From assembly GCA_035400625.1 (NCBI GenBank), contig DAOMZT010000001.1, positions 350,004-382,003 of the forward strand: a DNA stretch of 32,000 nucleotides, written 5' to 3'. Shown here in pieces: positions 1-8,532 of the stretch. Origin of the DNA: an archaeon (lineage in GTDB: Archaea; Iainarchaeota; Iainarchaeia; Iainarchaeales; CSSED10-239). Every line of letters begins with the position of its first letter. Position 1 is the first letter of the stretch. The notes beneath the pieces are model-generated. The model made no database searches, was not told the origin of the DNA, and was given only the letters and a program-made list of their open reading frames with translations. Both the position numbers and the translations under genes were made by a program.

Positions 1-1
1 A

Positions 2-949
2 TTACAGATTATAGGCTACGATATAATTTCTGACCAACAACTTTATTTGACATCAGAACATTTAAAATCTGGAGAATATAAAAACATCACTTTCAAAGAG
101 TTTGATGTTGCTACTTTGCCTTTACCAAAAGAGCAGGGCAGAATAAATCCATTAAGACAAGTAATCTATCAGATAAGAGAACTTTTTTTACAAATGGGCT
201 TTAAAGAAATGCAAGGGCCATATGTTGAAAGCTGTTTTTGGAATATGGATTCTATGTTTATTTCTCAAAATCACCCTGCAAGAGATATTCAAGATACTTT
301 CTATCTGGATATATCTGGGGATTTGCCTACAGGAAACCTAACCTCGCAGATTGCAGAGATCCACAATAATGGCTGGAAAACCGGCTCTAAGGGCTATCAA
401 TATGAATGGGATAGTGAGGAATCTAAAAAACTAATATTAAGAACACACACTACAGCAACAACCTATAGAACTTTCTTTAATTTAACTCCAGAAGAAAAAG
501 ACAACTCAAAATATTTCTGTATTGATAAGGTTTTTAGAAATGAAACAATTGATTTTACTCACCTTCCAGAGTTCCATCAAGCAGAGGGATTTATTATAGG
601 AGATGATCTTTCTTTATCTGATCTTTTAGCATTTATTAAGGAGTTCTTTTCAAGGCTAGGCATACAAAAAGTGAAATTTAAGCCAACTTATAATCCATAT
701 ACAGAGCCAAGTGTTGAGGCAAGTGGTTATCAAGAAAGCACTGGCAAATGGATTGAGTTAATTAATGCGGGTGTATTTAGACCAGAGTCTTTAGCACCAT
801 ATGGCATAGAAAAAACAGTTATTGCTTGGGGTCTTGGCGTTGAAAGACTAGCAATGTTATTGTATCAAAAGCCAATAAAAGAAATTCATGGTGATGAAGA
901 AAACATTGATTGGCTAAAAACATACATAATACCAAAAAGAGAACTATAA
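2..949 (+). CDS. pheS: Phenylalanine--tRNA ligase alpha subunit (archaeal/eukaryotic type), 5' end cut by the window edge
   Basis: The frame is open from nt 2, with no stop before the TTG at 47 chosen by the ORF track, so the gene continues off the left edge. Class II aaRS motif 2 'FRNETIDFTHLPEFHQAEGF' and motif 3 'GLGVERLAMLLY' are visible. It sits directly upstream of the beta subunit gene. Confidence 0.9.
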   Translation, partial: LQIIGYDIISDQQLYLTSEHLKSGEYKNITFKEFDVATLPLPKEQGRINPLRQVIYQIRELFLQMGFKEMQGPYVESCFWNMDSMFISQNHPARDIQDTFYLDISGDLPTGNLTSQIAEIHNNGWKTGSKGYQYEWDSEESKKLILRTHTTATTYRTFFNLTPEEKDNSKYFCIDKVFRNETIDFTHLPEFHQAEGFIIGDDLSLSDLLAFIKEFFSRLGIQKVKFKPTYNPYTEPSVEASGYQESTGKWIELINAGVFRPESLAPYGIEKTVIAWGLGVERLAMLLYQKPIKEIHGDEENIDWLKTYIIPKREL

Positions 950-951
950 AT

Positions 952-2625
952 ATGGCAACAATTGAATTAAATTTTTCTGACATAAAAAAAGAATTTAATA
1001 AAGATATCTCTGTTGAAGATTTTGAAGAACTGCTATTTAACTATGGTTTTGAAATTGATAGTTATAACAAAGCCACAGAAGAACTAAGAATAGAAGTGAC
1101 TGCTGAAAGAACAGATGTTCTTTCAAAAGAAGGGTTATTAAGAGTTTTAAAGGTGTTTGGTGGCTATGGCAAACCTTTGAACTATTCTGCAAAAAAGCCC
1201 ACACACTCTCTTTTTATTGACAATTCAGTTAAGGCCGTTAGGCCTTATAGTGTTTGTGCAATAATCAAAAATCTAAATCTTACAGAAGACAGATTAAAAC
1301 AAATTATTGCTGTTCAAGAAAAGCTCCACCTTACAATTTTTAGAAAAAGAACTCTTGGGGCTCTTGGAGTTTATCCACTTGACAAGATAGAATTTCCAAT
1401 AACTTTTTGTGCAAGGTCGCCTAAGGATATTAAGTTTGTGCCTCTTGGCGAAGACAAAGAAATGAGTGGAGAAGAAATTTTAAAAAATACAGAAACTGGC
1501 AAAGAATTTGCGCATCTTTTAATAGGCAAAGACAAATATCCAATATTTGTAGATAATTCTGGCAAGATACTTTCCATGCCACCAATCATTAATTCAGATG
1601 TTACTGGAAAAGTTACTGAGAACACAAAGGACATTTTTATTGAGTGTTCTGGTTTTAATTTAGTAAGACTAAACCAAGTTCTAAATATCATGTGTTGTAT
1701 GTTTAGTGATTTTGGTGGAGAGCTTCATTCAATTGAAATAAATCTTGGTAATGCCTACTTAGAAAAGCACATGATTACTCCAAACCTAAATGAGGAAAAA
1801 AGATTAGTGACATTATCAAATGTTAATTCTTTGATTGGTTTAAATCTTGATATTGATGAGGTTTGCCATCTTCTTGAAAAGATGTGCTACAAAACAAAGA
1901 AGTATGGTAAGGACAAAATAGAAGTTTCCATTCCCCCTTACAGAACAGACATATTACATGAAGTTGATATTATTGATGACGTAGCTAGGGCATATGGCTT
2001 TAACAACATTCCATTAAAGATGCCTAAAGTATTTACTGTTGGTGAAAGATTAAAGGATTCAATAAAGCAAGACAACATCATACAGATATTGGTGCAATGT
2101 GGTTTAATAGAAGTGAGCCCATTGTCCCTTTCAAGTAAAAAAGAATCTTTTGAAAACTTTAATATCCCTTATTCCAAAGACAAGGCGATAGAGCTGGGTT
2201 ATTCCAAAGACAAGTCTTTAGACATTGTTAGTCCTTGGCTTTTGCCAAAGCTATTAAAGATTTTAACGAATAACCAGCACATGAGTTATCCTCAAAAGAT
2301 ATTTAGTTGTGAAAAAGTTGTTATTCCTGACAAGCAAAAAGATGTCAAATCAAAAACAGTTCTTCATACTGCAATTGCTATAGCAAATTCAAAAGTTAGT
2401 TTTACAGAGAGTGCAAGTATTCTTGTAACTTTATGCAATACTCTTGGTTATAGTTTAGAATTAGAAAAAAAGGATTATCCATTTTACATTTCTGGAAGAT
2501 CAGCAACAGTAATTATAAACAATAAAGATGTTGGACATATTGGAGAAATTAATCCAGAAGTTTTAAAGAGCTTTGATTATAATGTTCCAGTTGTGGCTTT
2601 TGAGATAGATGTTAATGATTTATAG
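952..2625 (+). CDS. pheT: Phenylalanine--tRNA ligase beta subunit (archaeal type), 557 aa
   Basis: ATG 952 lies 2 nt after the pheS stop (947-949). The ORF-track start at 910 would overlap pheS by 40 nt and only adds a Lys-rich extension. PheT-like stretches are recognisable by eye: 'PPIINSDVTGKVTENTKDIFIECSG' and 'IPPYRTDILHEVDIIDDVARAYGFNNIP'. Length and position next to pheS fit. Confidence 0.85.
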   Translation: MATIELNFSDIKKEFNKDISVEDFEELLFNYGFEIDSYNKATEELRIEVTAERTDVLSKEGLLRVLKVFGGYGKPLNYSAKKPTHSLFIDNSVKAVRPYSVCAIIKNLNLTEDRLKQIIAVQEKLHLTIFRKRTLGALGVYPLDKIEFPITFCARSPKDIKFVPLGEDKEMSGEEILKNTETGKEFAHLLIGKDKYPIFVDNSGKILSMPPIINSDVTGKVTENTKDIFIECSGFNLVRLNQVLNIMCCMFSDFGGELHSIEINLGNAYLEKHMITPNLNEEKRLVTLSNVNSLIGLNLDIDEVCHLLEKMCYKTKKYGKDKIEVSIPPYRTDILHEVDIIDDVARAYGFNNIPLKMPKVFTVGERLKDSIKQDNIIQILVQCGLIEVSPLSLSSKKESFENFNIPYSKDKAIELGYSKDKSLDIVSPWLLPKLLKILTNNQHMSYPQKIFSCEKVVIPDKQKDVKSKTVLHTAIAIANSKVSFTESASILVTLCNTLGYSLELEKKDYPFYISGRSATVIINNKDVGHIGEINPEVLKSFDYNVPVVAFEIDVNDL

Positions 2626-3325
2626 AAGAAATGATCTTTAACATTTCTTTTTCTGCAGTCGCATATCTTTTTTCTAGATTTTTCATATGTTTGTTCCTTA
2701 GATTTTTATCTGGGTTAAGTAGTTTCTTAAGATCGACTGGTTTTTTATAAAATAAGATTGCTAAAAAATCTAAATAGGATTTTTCTTTTTTCAAATATTT
2801 TTTGTGAATAATTCTTTTTTGTATCTCTTTTAAAAATAGATAATATGCCAGTAATTTGATTTTAGTAACATGTGACTTTTTGGATTTTATATTTTTGTAA
2901 TATTTTTTAAGAGTCTTTTCTATTATACCATCAGGATAAAGAACAGGAGAAACTCTTATATTTTTAAATTTACAATCATAATAAAATTCAAGAATTAAAT
3001 GTTTTTCTGCAGATAATTTGTGTTTATAAAAATAATTATGAAAGTGCTTGTCTAGGACATTGTGGCTAATAAAGCCAATGGCAAAGGATTTTTCCTCTTT
3101 TGTCTTTGCTAAAGCATACATTCTTTTTCCAAAGGTTATGCCTTTTTGATTCCTGATCTCATGAAAAAGTTCTGGTTTAAATTTTGTTTGTATTCTGTAA
3201 AAGCCATAATAATCAGGAAACAAAGAACCAGAGAGAAGATATCTCATATCTAGGTTTTTAAAAAAAGCTTTCTTTTTTTTCGCAATTTTTTCAACAAACC
3301 CGATATGTGTAAGAACAGTAGGCAT
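2612..3325 (-). CDS. Hypothetical protein; possible zinc-dependent phospholipase C / P1-nuclease-like metal-binding fold
   Basis: 237-aa ORF convergent with pheT (14-nt tail overlap). The His/Asp pattern 'LTHIGF', 'SGSLFPD', 'ISHNVLDKHFHNYF' resembles metal ligands of the Zn-dependent PLC fold. The functional call is weak. Confidence 0.45.
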   Translation of the reverse strand: MPTVLTHIGFVEKIAKKKKAFFKNLDMRYLLSGSLFPDYYGFYRIQTKFKPELFHEIRNQKGITFGKRMYALAKTKEEKSFAIGFISHNVLDKHFHNYFYKHKLSAEKHLILEFYYDCKFKNIRVSPVLYPDGIIEKTLKKYYKNIKSKKSHVTKIKLLAYYLFLKEIQKRIIHKKYLKKEKSYLDFLAILFYKKPVDLKKLLNPDKNLRNKHMKNLEKRYATAEKEMLKIISSINH

Positions 3326-3352
3326 TAATCAAAACCATTTAGAAAGAAACCC

Positions 3353-3760
3353 TTATTTTTTTCTTGATATTTTTATCATAGATCCTGCTTTTAAGTATTC
3401 TATCTCATTACCTGCAACAAGATCAGTAAACTCGTCCTTATCCACTTCATAAGTTTGATAGTTTGCTGTATCCATTACTTGATATTTGTTTCCAAGGTCT
3501 GCTATAACTTGTGCATTCCCTTTATCAAGTATTGGCACCTCAATATCATCAGAGCTTGGCTTTAATAGGTTCATTTTTTGTCCAGTAAAAACAGCAGTTG
3601 CTGTTAGTCTAACCTTTGCAGCTCCGTGCTTTCCTGGCTTTGATTTAGTGATTGTGTCAACTTTACAAATCACATTGTCAATTAAGATGAACTGCTTTTC
3701 TTTAACTTGTCCAAGTCCCATAAATTTAATATCATAATCTCTTGCCATTGATTTCACCAT
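3353..3760 (-). CDS. eif5a: Translation initiation factor 5A (aIF5A)
   Basis: 135 aa with the hypusination loop 'SKPGKHGAAKVRL', followed by an OB-fold-like C-terminal half. Size is typical of archaeal aIF5A. The antisense ORF 3486-3737 is a shadow. Confidence 0.9.
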   Translation of the reverse strand: MVKSMARDYDIKFMGLGQVKEKQFILIDNVICKVDTITKSKPGKHGAAKVRLTATAVFTGQKMNLLKPSSDDIEVPILDKGNAQVIADLGNKYQVMDTANYQTYEVDKDEFTDLVAGNEIEYLKAGSMIKISRKK

Positions 3761-3876
3761 TTTTCTATTTTAAAAAAAGTGTTTTTATATATTAAACTAT
3801 ATAATTAAGTATAAATATATTTTAAATATGTTTTGTTTAACAAATACTATATCATAACTATGTATTTTCTAAAAAG

Positions 3877-4344
3877 ATGATTATAATGCTTAAGATATTT
3901 AAAAAAATGTTTAAAAAAGTACCAAAAGAGAATACCAGAAACAATCTTGCTGTTTTTGTTGATGGCCCAAATATGCTAAGAAAAGAGTTTAATATAGATT
4001 TATCAAAAATTAAATCTCAGTTACTAAAAGAAGGGTCATTAAAGATTGCAAGGGTTTATCTTGATCAGTATGCAACAGATAAATTGATTGAAGCAGTAGT
4101 AAATCTTGGTTTTGAAAGCATAATCACAGTTGGAGATGTTGATGTTGCAATGTCTGTGGATGCCACAGAAGCTGCATTCAATCATGAGATTGACACAATT
4201 GTTTTTATTACTAGAGATTCTGATTATTTGCCAGCAATTTTAAAAGCAAAAAGACAAGGTAAAAAGACTGTAGTATATCTTGTAGAGGAAGGCTCTGCAG
4301 TTGCATTAAAAAACACTGTTGATAGGGTAGTTTTTATAAAGTAG
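3877..4344 (+). CDS. NYN-domain (LabA/DUF88-like) putative ribonuclease
   Basis: 'LAVFVDGPNM' near the N-terminus, with 'VGDVDVAMSVDA' and 'FITRDSDYLPAILKAKRQGKKTVV', matches the acidic-residue pattern of LabA-like NYN domains. The true start may be an internal ATG (3886 or later). Confidence 0.7.
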   Translation: MIIMLKIFKKMFKKVPKENTRNNLAVFVDGPNMLRKEFNIDLSKIKSQLLKEGSLKIARVYLDQYATDKLIEAVVNLGFESIITVGDVDVAMSVDATEAAFNHEIDTIVFITRDSDYLPAILKAKRQGKKTVVYLVEEGSAVALKNTVDRVVFIK

Positions 4345-4352
4345 GTTAAAAA

Positions 4353-4853
4353 ATGAATTTGCCAGTAACAAATCCAATTGTAAAGAATGCTCCATTAGAT
4401 AAGATTATTCCTGATAAGCTATTCTTAGATTTGTTGGATAAAAAATTTACTGGCTATGTTTATTTAATAATTGAGGGTAAATATAGTTTTGAAGAATCAA
4501 TATTAATCTTAAATGCTGGCAAAATAGAAGGTGCGATATATATAATAGATGGATATGATACTGAAATGTTTGGCAAAGAGGCAATTGACTATTGTTTAAA
4601 TTGTTATGGCGCAACAAACGGAAGATTAAATATTTTTGCATTAACTTCTGATCAAATAAAATTAATATTGTTATTTAACGACAAGATAAAATATGCTTGG
4701 CCAATCAAAAAAAGCAAAGACCTTTTAATATTTAGAAACATAAAATATAACGAAGCATTAATCTATAATTTATTAAAAGAAAAAATAGTAAAAAACAAAA
4801 CATCAAAAGATGTATTAAGTGATTTTAATTTAGATGATTTATTAAAAGAATAA
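4353..4853 (+). CDS. Hypothetical protein with PATAN/DUF4388-like pattern
   Basis: 166 aa. 'LFLDLLDKKFTGYVYLII...ILILNAGKIEGAIY...FGKEAIDYCLNCYGATNGRLNIFAL' follows the PATAN consensus layout (l..ll....tG.l.....iy...G.i..A....G.eA......G.f.f). The start lies 9 nt after the NYN gene stop. Confidence 0.45.
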   Translation: MNLPVTNPIVKNAPLDKIIPDKLFLDLLDKKFTGYVYLIIEGKYSFEESILILNAGKIEGAIYIIDGYDTEMFGKEAIDYCLNCYGATNGRLNIFALTSDQIKLILLFNDKIKYAWPIKKSKDLLIFRNIKYNEALIYNLLKEKIVKNKTSKDVLSDFNLDDLLKE

Positions 4854-4855
4854 AA

Positions 4856-5302
4856 ATGAGAAATATGGGTTCATTATCAAAATTATTTGCAAAGTTTTCA
4901 ACAAAAATACTAAATCTAGAAGATAAGCAAGGAGAAAATCCAATAGCTACATTATTAGTATACAAGCCAATATTTATACATTCTTCTGATTTGACTGATT
5001 TTTTACAAAAGTTAAGATTAAAACACCTTATCAATGACATTATTATCACAGATACTGATGGAATTGTCATAGGTAGTACAAACAAAGATATTAAAGAGGG
5101 ATTTAAAAGCGCAGCATTATACAATTATATTAACTCGGAAATAAAAGACCTCTCAATCATTTTAATAGAAGCAAATGGCTGGCAGATAATTTTTAAAAAT
5201 GAAGAAAAGGTTTATTTCATAAAAGCAAATGATGAATTGTCTAGACTAGAGGTTTTAACAATAGTTAAAGAAATAGAGAATTTTATAAAATGTATTGTTT
5301 AA
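4856..5302 (+). CDS. Hypothetical protein, possible Roadblock/LC7 (MglB-like) fold
   Basis: 148 aa, starting 3 nt after the previous stop. 'INDIIITDTDGIVIGSTNKDIKEGFKSAALYNYI' resembles the core Roadblock motif (v.d.dG..ia......e..aa). The assignment is weak. Confidence 0.35.
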   Translation: MRNMGSLSKLFAKFSTKILNLEDKQGENPIATLLVYKPIFIHSSDLTDFLQKLRLKHLINDIIITDTDGIVIGSTNKDIKEGFKSAALYNYINSEIKDLSIILIEANGWQIIFKNEEKVYFIKANDELSRLEVLTIVKEIENFIKCIV

Positions 5303-5343
5303 GATTATATTGTGTTTTTTAATATATTAAGAGAGTGAAAAGA

Positions 5344-6144
5344 ATGGGAGAAGTTTTTGCAATAGTTTCTGGCAAAGGGGGGGTTGGTAAAACCACCCTG
5401 ACTGGAAATTTAGGAATTGCATTAGCAGAGTTAGGATATTCTGTATTGTTAATTGATGCAGATCTAGCGATGGCAAATTTAAGTTTGTTAATGGGGCTTA
5501 AAACACCACCAATAACAATACATGACGTGTTGTTAGGTTCTGCGCCAGCCACAGATGCAATTTATGATGGCCCAAAAGGCACGAAAATATTGCCAGCAGG
5601 TCTTTCTCTTTCTTTTTATACAAGAGTAGATATTGAAAGGTTAGTTGCAGTAACAAATGAATTAAAATCCAAATTCGATTATATATTGATTGATTCTCCA
5701 GCAGGGATAGAAAAGAATGTTATTGCTGCTATGTCTGCATCTACTCAAATTATTTTAATCACTGAGCCAACAGCTCCATCTGTTGCAGATGCATTTAAAG
5801 CAAAGATTGTTGCTCAAAGACTTAATCAAAGAGTTTTTGGAGTAATTATAAATAAATATAGTAATACTAAAGGAGAAATTTCAGAAAACGAAATCATGAA
5901 AATGCTAGAGTTGCCATCATATGGCAAAATACCACATTCTGATGAAATTAGACAATCCTTCTTGTTAAAGAAGATAAAGCCACTTCTAGTACACAACCCT
6001 AATTGTTCTGCTGCAAATTCATTTAGAGCAATTGCAAGAAAGATAACAGGTAAAGAAACAGATGTTGTAAAAACAGAAAAAAAGAAAGGGCTGTTTTCTG
6101 GACTTTTCAAATCTTTAGGAAACATGTTTAAAAAGAAAAAATAA
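5344..6144 (+). CDS. minD: MinD/ParA-family P-loop ATPase with C-terminal amphipathic tail
   Basis: Deviant Walker A 'SGKGGVGKTTLTGNLG', 'LLIDADL' and 'ILIDSPAG'. The C-terminus 'KKKGLFSGLFKSLGNMFKKKK' looks like a membrane-targeting amphipathic helix. ATG 5344 is preferred over the GTG at 5335 used in the ORF track. Confidence 0.85.
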   Translation: MGEVFAIVSGKGGVGKTTLTGNLGIALAELGYSVLLIDADLAMANLSLLMGLKTPPITIHDVLLGSAPATDAIYDGPKGTKILPAGLSLSFYTRVDIERLVAVTNELKSKFDYILIDSPAGIEKNVIAAMSASTQIILITEPTAPSVADAFKAKIVAQRLNQRVFGVIINKYSNTKGEISENEIMKMLELPSYGKIPHSDEIRQSFLLKKIKPLLVHNPNCSAANSFRAIARKITGKETDVVKTEKKKGLFSGLFKSLGNMFKKKK

Positions 6145-6196
6145 AAAAGAAAAAAGGACAAAAAGAAAATTGTTTTAATATATAAAGGAGAAAAAA

Positions 6197-6427
6197 ATGA
6201 GCGAAACAAAAATATCACGACCATTTGACATGCTAAACAATTCCTTGAATAAACAAGTTTTAATAAATTTAAAAGGAAATGTGACTGTCAGAGGAAAATT
6301 AAAAGCATTTGATGTGCATCTAAACATAGTGTTAGAAGATGCAGAAGAAATAGAAAATGGAAAACCAAAAGCAAAATATATTGAAGTTTTCTTAAGAGGA
6401 GATAATGTTATATTAGTAACAGTATAA
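6197..6427 (+). CDS. Sm-like archaeal protein (LSm/SmAP)
   Basis: 76 aa with Sm1-like 'VLINLKGNVTVRGKLKAFDVHLNIVLEDAEE' and Sm2-like 'VFLRGDNVILV'. A Shine-Dalgarno-like 'aaggag' sits at 6185-6190. Confidence 0.85.
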   Translation: MSETKISRPFDMLNNSLNKQVLINLKGNVTVRGKLKAFDVHLNIVLEDAEEIENGKPKAKYIEVFLRGDNVILVTV

Positions 6428-6475
6428 ATTTCTTCTTAATTCCTTTTTTCTTTTTTAACATTAGATGTAAAAAAT

Positions 6476-7600
6476 ATGAACAAGATAATTTTAGCTTTAT
6501 ATTTTGGTAGTAATTTAGCAGAGAACGTTGCGTCTGATTCTAAACTCTCTAGTATTTTTACTTATAACAATCTAATTATTATGTTAATTGTTATGCTTGT
6601 TATATTGATTATATCCTTATTGGTATTTTTAATTATTCCAAAAATAAACAAAACTCCAAAAAAATATTATCAAAGATATTTAATAGTAAGAAAAGAATTA
6701 GATAAGATAGATGAATTATATGCAAGACGAAAACTTTCTTTTGAAAACTATGCGTTTACTCAATTTCATTATGCTAAAGAGTACGAACACTTGATTGAAT
6801 ATCTTTCTCAATTCCCTGAGTACAAAGATAAATTAAAGTCATATAAATTAAACTATTTAAGAACACAAGAACAACCAGACAAAAATTTATCAGAAGAAGA
6901 AAAAAAGAATGCAGAAATTATTAATTATTTTATAAGAGTTTTAGGTCCAGTTGCCCCTTACTATAGAAAGAATGAGGTTTATCAAGCGATATTAGATGAA
7001 AAATTTTCTAAAGTCATAGCTGAAGGAATAATAAAAGGATTAGAAAAAATTGGTGTTAAATTTAATAGTAAAGAGATATCTGAGAATCGTAAGGGTATTG
7101 AGCTGGTTGACAAATTATTATTAGATAAGCAAGATAAAATTAGACAAAAAGAACAAGAAAAACCAAAGAAATACACGATGCCAGATGTAATAGATAAATC
7201 AATATATTTATCTAGAAAAGCTGCACAAGAGAAAGAGAAACAAGAGAAAGAGAAAATTGTTAAACCAGTAGAACCAGAAAAACCAAATGAAGTTTCTAAG
7301 ATAGAGAATTTTGAGCCACAGATAGAAATCCGAGACGATTTTTTTGAATCAACTACAGATTCTATAAAAGTTTCTGAGCCAACAACTATATCATTAAAAG
7401 ATTTGATAAAGAAAGAATCCCAAAAACCAATGTTTGAAAAAATAACAACTGTTTCTAAATATCCAGAGGAGAGTAGTAAGCCCGCAACTAAAAAGGGGCT
7501 ATTTAAGTCTATAAAAAATATCTTTAAACCTAAAAGAAAATATCATTCCGTTTCTGAGATTAATGATATTTTTGAAAATATTGAAAAGAAATTAAGATAA
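6476..7600 (+). CDS. Hypothetical membrane-anchored Lys/Glu-rich protein
   Basis: 374 aa. It has one clear TM segment, 'LIIMLIVMLVILIISLLVFLII', then a charged, probably helical region. An amphipathic 'KKGLFKSIKNIFKPKRK' lies near the C-terminus. Confidence 0.6.
   Translation: MNKIILALYFGSNLAENVASDSKLSSIFTYNNLIIMLIVMLVILIISLLVFLIIPKINKTPKKYYQRYLIVRKELDKIDELYARRKLSFENYAFTQFHYAKEYEHLIEYLSQFPEYKDKLKSYKLNYLRTQEQPDKNLSEEEKKNAEIINYFIRVLGPVAPYYRKNEVYQAILDEKFSKVIAEGIIKGLEKIGVKFNSKEISENRKGIELVDKLLLDKQDKIRQKEQEKPKKYTMPDVIDKSIYLSRKAAQEKEKQEKEKIVKPVEPEKPNEVSKIENFEPQIEIRDDFFESTTDSIKVSEPTTISLKDLIKKESQKPMFEKITTVSKYPEESSKPATKKGLFKSIKNIFKPKRKYHSVSEINDIFENIEKKLR
7226..7255 (+). repeat. Perfect 2 x 15-nt tandem duplication inside a CDS
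   Basis: 'caagagaaagagaaa' occurs at 7226-7240 and again at 7241-7255, encoding QEKEK-QEKEK. Confidence 0.9.
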
Positions 7601-7607
7601 TGTTTTA

Positions 7608-7757
7608 TTATTTTGATTTCATTAAAAGTATTAGTCCAATAACTATTAATATTAATCCTAGATACAAATTAAAACCAGCAAGAAAACCAGGAAGTGAAGG
7701 AACATATAGTCCTATTCCAATACCTATTAATATACCGCCTACAAGACTTTGACTCAT
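7608..7757 (-). CDS. Small (49 aa) two-helix membrane protein, absent from the ORF track
   Basis: Hand translation of the minus strand from ATG (7755-7757) gives 'MSQSLVGGILIGIGIGLYVPSLPGFLAGFNLYLGLILIVIGLILLMKSK', ending at TAA (7608-7610). It has two Gly-rich hydrophobic segments joined by a 'PSLPG' turn and fills an otherwise empty 239-nt gap. Confidence 0.45.
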   Translation of the reverse strand: MSQSLVGGILIGIGIGLYVPSLPGFLAGFNLYLGLILIVIGLILLMKSK

Positions 7758-7839
7758 ATTATCACCAATTTAATTATTATAAATACAATAAATATATATT
7801 AGTTTGTTTTTAAATATATATACTATAATCTGATTAATA

Positions 7840-8532
7840 ATGAAAACAAAAATATGCTTTGGGCTTTTAGATGTTTTAGTGAAAGGCAAATTAAATAAAA
7901 AACCAGATACTTCTTTTATGAGTGAGCTAGTAGATTATTCGAAAGAAAACAAAAAAAAACTTTTTTTAATTACTGGCCTTGATGCAGACAAAGGCGAAGA
8001 AATAATTAAAAAAAATGGAATAGATGCTTATTTTTCAAAAGAAAACATTTGTCATATTTCTGAAAAATATTATGATACATTGTCAGAAATAGATAAGGAA
8101 TTAAAAGAGCAGGCAAAGCAAAACGATCTAAATTATTGTGATGAATATTACAAGGTCTATTTTTTTAATGCAATTTACAAACACAAAAAAGAAGAAACGT
8201 TATTCATTGGACACGATATTTGGACAGATGCATATTATTTATCTAAATATGCAGGAATAGACACTATATTGTTAAAAGACACATTAACAAATAATTCTGC
8301 GCCAAATATAATAGAAATCAAGGATGTGCATATTGTTGGTTCTAATTTTGAAATAATAAAAAGCTATCTTGAGGAAGAAAAACAATTTAATTATGAACCA
8401 CTCCATAAATATGCAGAAAAATTACTATATAAGGAAATGGTTGGAGGCAGTTTATTTAATACAAAACAAAAGGTCGGTAGTTTTTGGAACAGACAAAAAG
8501 ACAAGAAATCGTTTGTAAGAGGGGAAGATTAA
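7840..8532 (+). CDS. Hypothetical protein, HAD-like fold with degenerate motif I
   Basis: 230 aa. 'LFLITGLD' (motif II-like) and 'FIGHDIWTDAYY' (motif IV-like GxDxxxD) suggest HAD. The N-terminal 'CFGLLDVLV' lacks the canonical DxD nucleophile pair. The stop abuts the enolase start. Confidence 0.45.
   Translation: MKTKICFGLLDVLVKGKLNKKPDTSFMSELVDYSKENKKKLFLITGLDADKGEEIIKKNGIDAYFSKENICHISEKYYDTLSEIDKELKEQAKQNDLNYCDEYYKVYFFNAIYKHKKEETLFIGHDIWTDAYYLSKYAGIDTILLKDTLTNNSAPNIIEIKDVHIVGSNFEIIKSYLEEEKQFNYEPLHKYAEKLLYKEMVGGSLFNTKQKVGSFWNRQKDKKSFVRGED

Noticed and set aside
910-951. The upstream start at 910 for the PheRS beta subunit, as in the ORF track.
   Set aside because: It would overlap pheS by 40 nt and adds 'MAKNIHNTKKRTIN', which has no counterpart in PheT. 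ATG 952 directly follows the pheS stop.
7226-7255. The 2 x 15-nt tandem repeat (QEKEK x2) considered as a phase-variation or contingency locus.
   Set aside because: The unit is a multiple of three, so copy-number change keeps the frame. It lies in a low-complexity Lys/Glu linker. It is most simply replication slippage without regulatory consequence, so it is kept only as a repeat feature.
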